Assembly: GCA_964354405.1 (NCBI GenBank)
Contig: CAYGZP010000003.1
Coordinates: 8,666-32,665, forward strand
DNA from: Candidatus Woesearchaeota archaeon
GTDB lineage: Archaea; Nanobdellota; Nanobdellia; Pacearchaeales; UBA284
Reading direction: 5' to 3'
Length of the DNA: 24,000 nt
The notes beneath the pieces were generated by a model. That model did no database searches. It was not told where the DNA came from and saw nothing but the letters and a program-made list of their open reading frames with translations. Each line of letters begins with the position of its first letter. Positions within the stretch are counted from its first letter, which is position 1. Below, in pieces: positions 21,558 through 24,000 of this stretch. The position numbers and the translations under genes were made by a program.

Positions 21558-21817
21558 GCGAGCGACCAACACCTGAGACGGATGCCTTCAGCGGAAACAT
21601 GGGTGACTGCATCAAGTTTGCCGAAAAACTTGAACGCGAACGCGACGAGGCGCGGGAGGCATTCAAGATAGTTTACAACGAGCGAGTCCAAATGGAACTT
21701 GAGCGAGACGAATGGAAAAACAAAGCATACTCTCATGCTACAGACTACACTCTAATGGAAGCGAAGTGCTTTAGATTGGAACAACAACTCAAAGAATATG
21801 ATAAACTCAAGAGCTAA
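21554..21817 (+). CDS. small TPETDA/ERERDEA-motif protein, array member 7 (87 aa from the ATG at 21554)
   Basis: MSERPTPETDAFSG...FAEKLERERDEAREAFKIV plus a second ELERDEW copy. The start was chosen at the ATGA junction, preceded by AAGGAGG. Confidence 0.65.
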   Translation: MSERPTPETDAFSGNMGDCIKFAEKLERERDEAREAFKIVYNERVQMELERDEWKNKAYSHATDYTLMEAKCFRLEQQLKEYDKLKS

Positions 21818-22127
21818 AGGCGCAAGAGGTGAGCGGCAGTGGAGAGATCAACTCCGCGCCGAAGGCTACACTGCTAAACGAGGACAGCAATTCGCAGGAG
21901 GACAAGAATCACCAGATGTGGTCTGTGAAGAACTGAAAGGTAAACTCCACTTTGAAGTTAAGTGCGTTCAGAATTTGAATCTTGATAAGGCTTGCGAACA
22001 GGCCGAGCGAGATGCTAAAGGCATTGCTTGGGCCGTGGCTCACAAGAAAAACAATAAGAACTGGAAGGTAACAATCCCTGCTGACCTGTTCTTTAAATTA
22101 CTCAGGGATGGAAGTGACGGACTATGA
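21798..22127 (+). CDS. PD-(D/E)XK-type nuclease, Holliday-junction-resolvase-like (109 aa)
   Basis: SRAKGARGERQWRDQLRAEGYTAKRG...PDVVCEE...LHFEVKC matches the KG..ER......G.....D(V)...E(V)K layout of Hjc/archaeal-type resolvase-like phage nucleases (from memory). Confidence 0.6.
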   Translation: MINSRAKGARGERQWRDQLRAEGYTAKRGQQFAGGQESPDVVCEELKGKLHFEVKCVQNLNLDKACEQAERDAKGIAWAVAHKKNNKNWKVTIPADLFFKLLRDGSDGL

Positions 22128-22309
22128 AACCAAAAACTAAAGCAGGTAAGGCCGCGAAAGTGGCTAAAATCATGGGCGAATACAAGCGTGGAACTCTCCA
22201 TGCTGGTATCAACCCTAAAGGCCCGAAGAAAGCACCAATGGCTAAGAGCCGCAAACAGGCATTGGCAATTGCATTATCACGTGCGGGAATGGCTAAGAAA
22301 AGTAAGTAA
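22124..22309 (+). CDS. small lysine-rich protein (61 aa)
   Basis: MGEYKRGTLHAGINPKGPKKAPMAKSRKQALAIALSRAG resembles a conserved bacterial/phage small-protein family (E[FY]K.G.L.SG......SRKQAIAIALSEA) that I recall as a DUF. It has an ATGA overlap with the upstream gene. Confidence 0.6.
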   Translation: MKPKTKAGKAAKVAKIMGEYKRGTLHAGINPKGPKKAPMAKSRKQALAIALSRAGMAKKSK

Positions 22310-22310
22310 T

Positions 22311-22457
22311 ATGAAAACAGGACTTTACGCTAATATCAACGCCAAACGGAAACGCATCGCAGCGGGTAGCGGTGAGAAGATGAGGAAGGTTGGTAGCAAA
22401 GGCGCACCAACTGCAAAGGCATTTAAACAATCAGCAAAAACTGCGAAGAAAAAGTAG
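22311..22457 (+). CDS. small lysine-rich protein (48 aa from the ATG at 22311)
   Basis: MKTGLYANINAKRKRIAAGSGEKMRKVGSKGAPTAKAFKQSAKTAKKK. The start codon lies 1 nt after the upstream stop. The track ORF (22188) overlaps the previous gene, so the internal ATG is preferred. Confidence 0.5.
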   Translation: MKTGLYANINAKRKRIAAGSGEKMRKVGSKGAPTAKAFKQSAKTAKKK

Positions 22458-22495
22458 TTATAACAAGTTTAGTGAGTTTACAAAAAACTTATAAT

Positions 22496-22720
22496 ATGGA
22501 AAAGAGATTTACGAAAGTAGTCAAGAATGCCAAAACTGGTAGGACTAAGACAGTCAAGTATGGTCAGAAAGGTGCGACAATCTCTCCGGGATCAAAGCGT
22601 GGCGATTCCTACTGCGCCCGTTCAGCTAAGATCAAAGGTGATTGGAAATCCGATCCCAACTCCCCAAACAACCTTTCGCGCAAGAAGTGGCGTTGCAAAG
22701 GTAGCAAGTCAATGAAATGA
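22496..22720 (+). CDS. small basic protein (74 aa from the ATG at 22496)
   Basis: KTVKYGQKGATISPGSKRGDSYCARSAKIKGDWKSDPNSPNNLSRKKW resembles a small conserved phage/viral family (G..g..i.pg...gdSYCARS) that I recall as a DUF. The start could be the GTG at 22472 or the ATG at 22496. Confidence 0.55.
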   Translation: MEKRFTKVVKNAKTGRTKTVKYGQKGATISPGSKRGDSYCARSAKIKGDWKSDPNSPNNLSRKKWRCKGSKSMK

Positions 22721-22878
22721 AAATTAACGGAAAAAATGCTGAGAGCAATGTTGATCTGAATGATGGTCGAGTAGGATGGAAATATCCACTCAACTCCAAA
22801 CAGATCAGCAAGCCTGCGAAGACTTCTTCAAGAAGCGTGGAATGAAACAATACGATTGCGCTGGCAGACCTAAGAAAA

Positions 22879-23133
22879 ATGACGTGTCCAAAATGTGAAT
22901 CACCTACCGAAGTCATCAATAGTAGAAAGAGAGATGGCACAGTAGTAAGGAGGAGGCTTTGTGCCTGTGGAGAAAGGTTTTCAACCAAAGAAGTAATTAC
23001 TGATTCAAGGAAAGTTACTTTCAAAAAGATAGTTAAAGCACTATCCACGACTAAAGCAGTCACTGGAGAGTGGACAGTAAAAGTAGATAAAAATACCCCC
23101 GATTGGGCAAGGAAAATGCTAATTAACCTATGA
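22879..23133 (+). CDS. NrdR-like zinc-ribbon protein without ATP-cone (84 aa)
   Basis: MTCPKCESPTEVINSRKRDGTVVRRRLCACGERFSTKEV parallels the NrdR N-terminus (M.CP.C.....V.DSR.......RRRR.C..C..RFTT.E). No ATP-cone domain follows. Confidence 0.65.
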   Translation: MTCPKCESPTEVINSRKRDGTVVRRRLCACGERFSTKEVITDSRKVTFKKIVKALSTTKAVTGEWTVKVDKNTPDWARKMLINL

Positions 23134-24000
23134 GTATCGTTAACGATAAATTCAGATTTCATGTTCTTTCGTTACCACATACCGTAACCAGCAAAGAATT
23201 TAATGCCTGCGCTTACACGCAAAAGGTAGTTAAGTTTTGCAAGATGATGACTGAACGTGGACACACAGTAATCCACTACGGTCATGAAGACTCAGATGTA
23301 ATCTGCACAGAACACGTCACAGTTCTTACCAACCATGACTTCAAAAAAAGCTATGGGACACATGACTGGAGGAAGACATTCTTTAAGTTCGATACTAACG
23401 ACCATGCGTATCAAAATTTTTACGCAAACGCCATAAGGGAAATTGAAGATAGAAAAGAAAAGAATGACTTCATCCTACCATTCTGGGGATCAGGAGTCAG
23501 ACCGATCTGTGACGCGCATCCTGACTTAATCTGCGTAGAGCCGGGCATAGGCTATGCGGGAGGTCACTGGGCAAGATGGAAAGTATGGGAATCCTACGCA
23601 ATCTATCACGCTTATTGTGGACTGAAGAATGTAGGGAACTGTAACCAAGACTGGTATGATGTCGTTATCCCAAATTACTTCGATATAGAAGACTTTGAAT
23701 ATAGGACAGACAAAGAAGATTACTTCTTATACCTTGGCCGAGTATATAGCGGAAAAGGTGTAGATATTGCTATACAGGCTACAGAGCGCGCAGGGGTGAA
23801 GTTGGTCATAGCAGGACAAAAAGAGGAAGGTTACAAGTTACCAGACCATGTTGAGTATGTAGGATATGCAGACGTTTCCACAAGAAGGAAGCTCATGTCA
23901 GGTGCAAAAGCCAGTTTCCTTCCATCTATGTATGTAGAACCATTCGGCGGGGTGCAGATAGAAAACCTACTTTCTGGCACTCCTACTATAACAACAGACT
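23130..24000 (+). CDS. glycosyltransferase, GT-B fold / GT4-like (partial, 290 codons, runs off the right edge)
   Basis: Hand translation gives MSIVNDKFRFHVLSLPHTVTSKEFNACAYTQKVVKFCKMMTERGHTVIHYG...YFLYLGRVYSGKGVDIAIQATERAGVKLVIAGQ...SFLPSMYVEPFGGVQIENLLSGTPTITTD. The E-x7-E region (EPFGGVQIE) and the GRxxxxKG segment are typical of retaining GT-B enzymes. It is absent from the ORF track because there is no stop inside the window. It has an ATGA overlap with the upstream gene. Confidence 0.75.
   Translation, partial: MSIVNDKFRFHVLSLPHTVTSKEFNACAYTQKVVKFCKMMTERGHTVIHYGHEDSDVICTEHVTVLTNHDFKKSYGTHDWRKTFFKFDTNDHAYQNFYANAIREIEDRKEKNDFILPFWGSGVRPICDAHPDLICVEPGIGYAGGHWARWKVWESYAIYHAYCGLKNVGNCNQDWYDVVIPNYFDIEDFEYRTDKEDYFLYLGRVYSGKGVDIAIQATERAGVKLVIAGQKEEGYKLPDHVEYVGYADVSTRRKLMSGAKASFLPSMYVEPFGGVQIENLLSGTPTITTD
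23134..23149. repeat. palindromic box, imperfect: GTATCGTTAACGATAA (copy 9)
   Basis: 11 of the 12 half-site positions are conserved; the first T is a G. It lies at codons 2-7 of the glycosyltransferase gene, immediately after the NrdR-like gene stop. Confidence 0.7.

Noticed and set aside
19876-21663. Whether the repeated GC-rich ~30-mers could be a CRISPR array or an iteron-type origin.
   Set aside because: The spacing between copies is irregular, ranging from about 220 to 650 bp. Every copy is in frame inside an ORF and encodes the same peptide motif. The repeats are not flanked by unique spacer-sized segments. So this is a coding paralogue motif, not a CRISPR array.
22717-22845. A 42-codon ORF (MKINGKNAESNVDLNDGRVGWKYPLNSKQISKPAKTSSRSVE) filling the gap before the NrdR-like gene, starting at an ATGA overlap.
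   Set aside because: It is plausible by position but very short, with no motif and no way to assess conservation here. It is not reported as a feature.
22632-23162. A 176-aa minus-strand ORF antisense to the NrdR-like gene and its neighbours.
   Set aside because: The plus-strand genes here have recognisable motifs (zinc ribbon, SYCARS family) and coupled junctions. The antisense translation is a hydrophobic, low-information sequence with no start context.
1-24000. Signs of lysogeny or host flanks (integrase, attP, a tRNA fragment), and toxin or defence systems such as RT/DGR, TA pairs or retrons.
   Set aside because: No tyrosine or serine recombinase motifs, no reverse-transcriptase motifs and no template/variable repeat pair for the tail fibre were seen in any frame of the ORF track. 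Absence from this window does not exclude them elsewhere in the genome.

Overview
The whole window looks like one contiguous piece of a tailed dsDNA phage or prophage genome. I see no obvious host housekeeping genes, no rRNA or tRNA, and no CRISPR array.

Layout:
- 1-11805, minus strand: a tightly packed late module. In transcription order it reads unknown 125-aa protein, HNH nuclease, putative portal, small protein, acidic coiled-coil scaffold, putative major capsid protein, three small structural ORFs, tail fibre, then a four-gene lysis cassette. Two of the lysis genes are under 60 aa and absent from the ORF track; I translated them by hand.
- 11842-13692, plus strand: large terminase.
- 13693-14635: a roughly 950 bp mostly non-coding gap holding an HNH-AP2 homing-endonuclease gene flanked by 13-bp direct repeats.
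- 14636-15576, minus strand: a short leftward early operon (HTH regulator, 74-aa ORF, zinc/HNH nuclease, 75-aa ORF).
- 15633-24000, plus strand: a rightward early/replication arm. It holds a replication-initiator-like protein, a C5 cytosine methyltransferase, a DnaB-type helicase, a tandem array of small paralogous genes, a PD-(D/E)XK nuclease, three tiny lysine-rich proteins, an NrdR-like zinc ribbon, and a glycosyltransferase that runs off the right edge.

Most unusual observations:
1. The methyltransferase gene is stop-free in two frames over its full 250 codons. Its starts are nested (ATGAATG) and so are its stops (TAAATGA).
2. A 16-bp palindrome, TTATCG-N4-CGATAA, occurs eight times perfectly plus once imperfectly. 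Most copies sit exactly on stop codons or gene junctions.
3. Seven of eight consecutive, translationally coupled small genes share an (L)ERERDEAREA motif. That motif is encoded by a nearly nucleotide-identical GC-rich core.
4. Two divergent sigma70-like promoters sit back to back with their -35 boxes in a palindrome, between the HTH gene and the rightward arm.
5. A canonical A_AAA_AAG slippery heptamer lies at the overlap of a 74-aa ORF and the downstream nuclease gene.

All functional calls rest on motifs I can read in the translations plus gene order. No database search was possible. The host is unknown.
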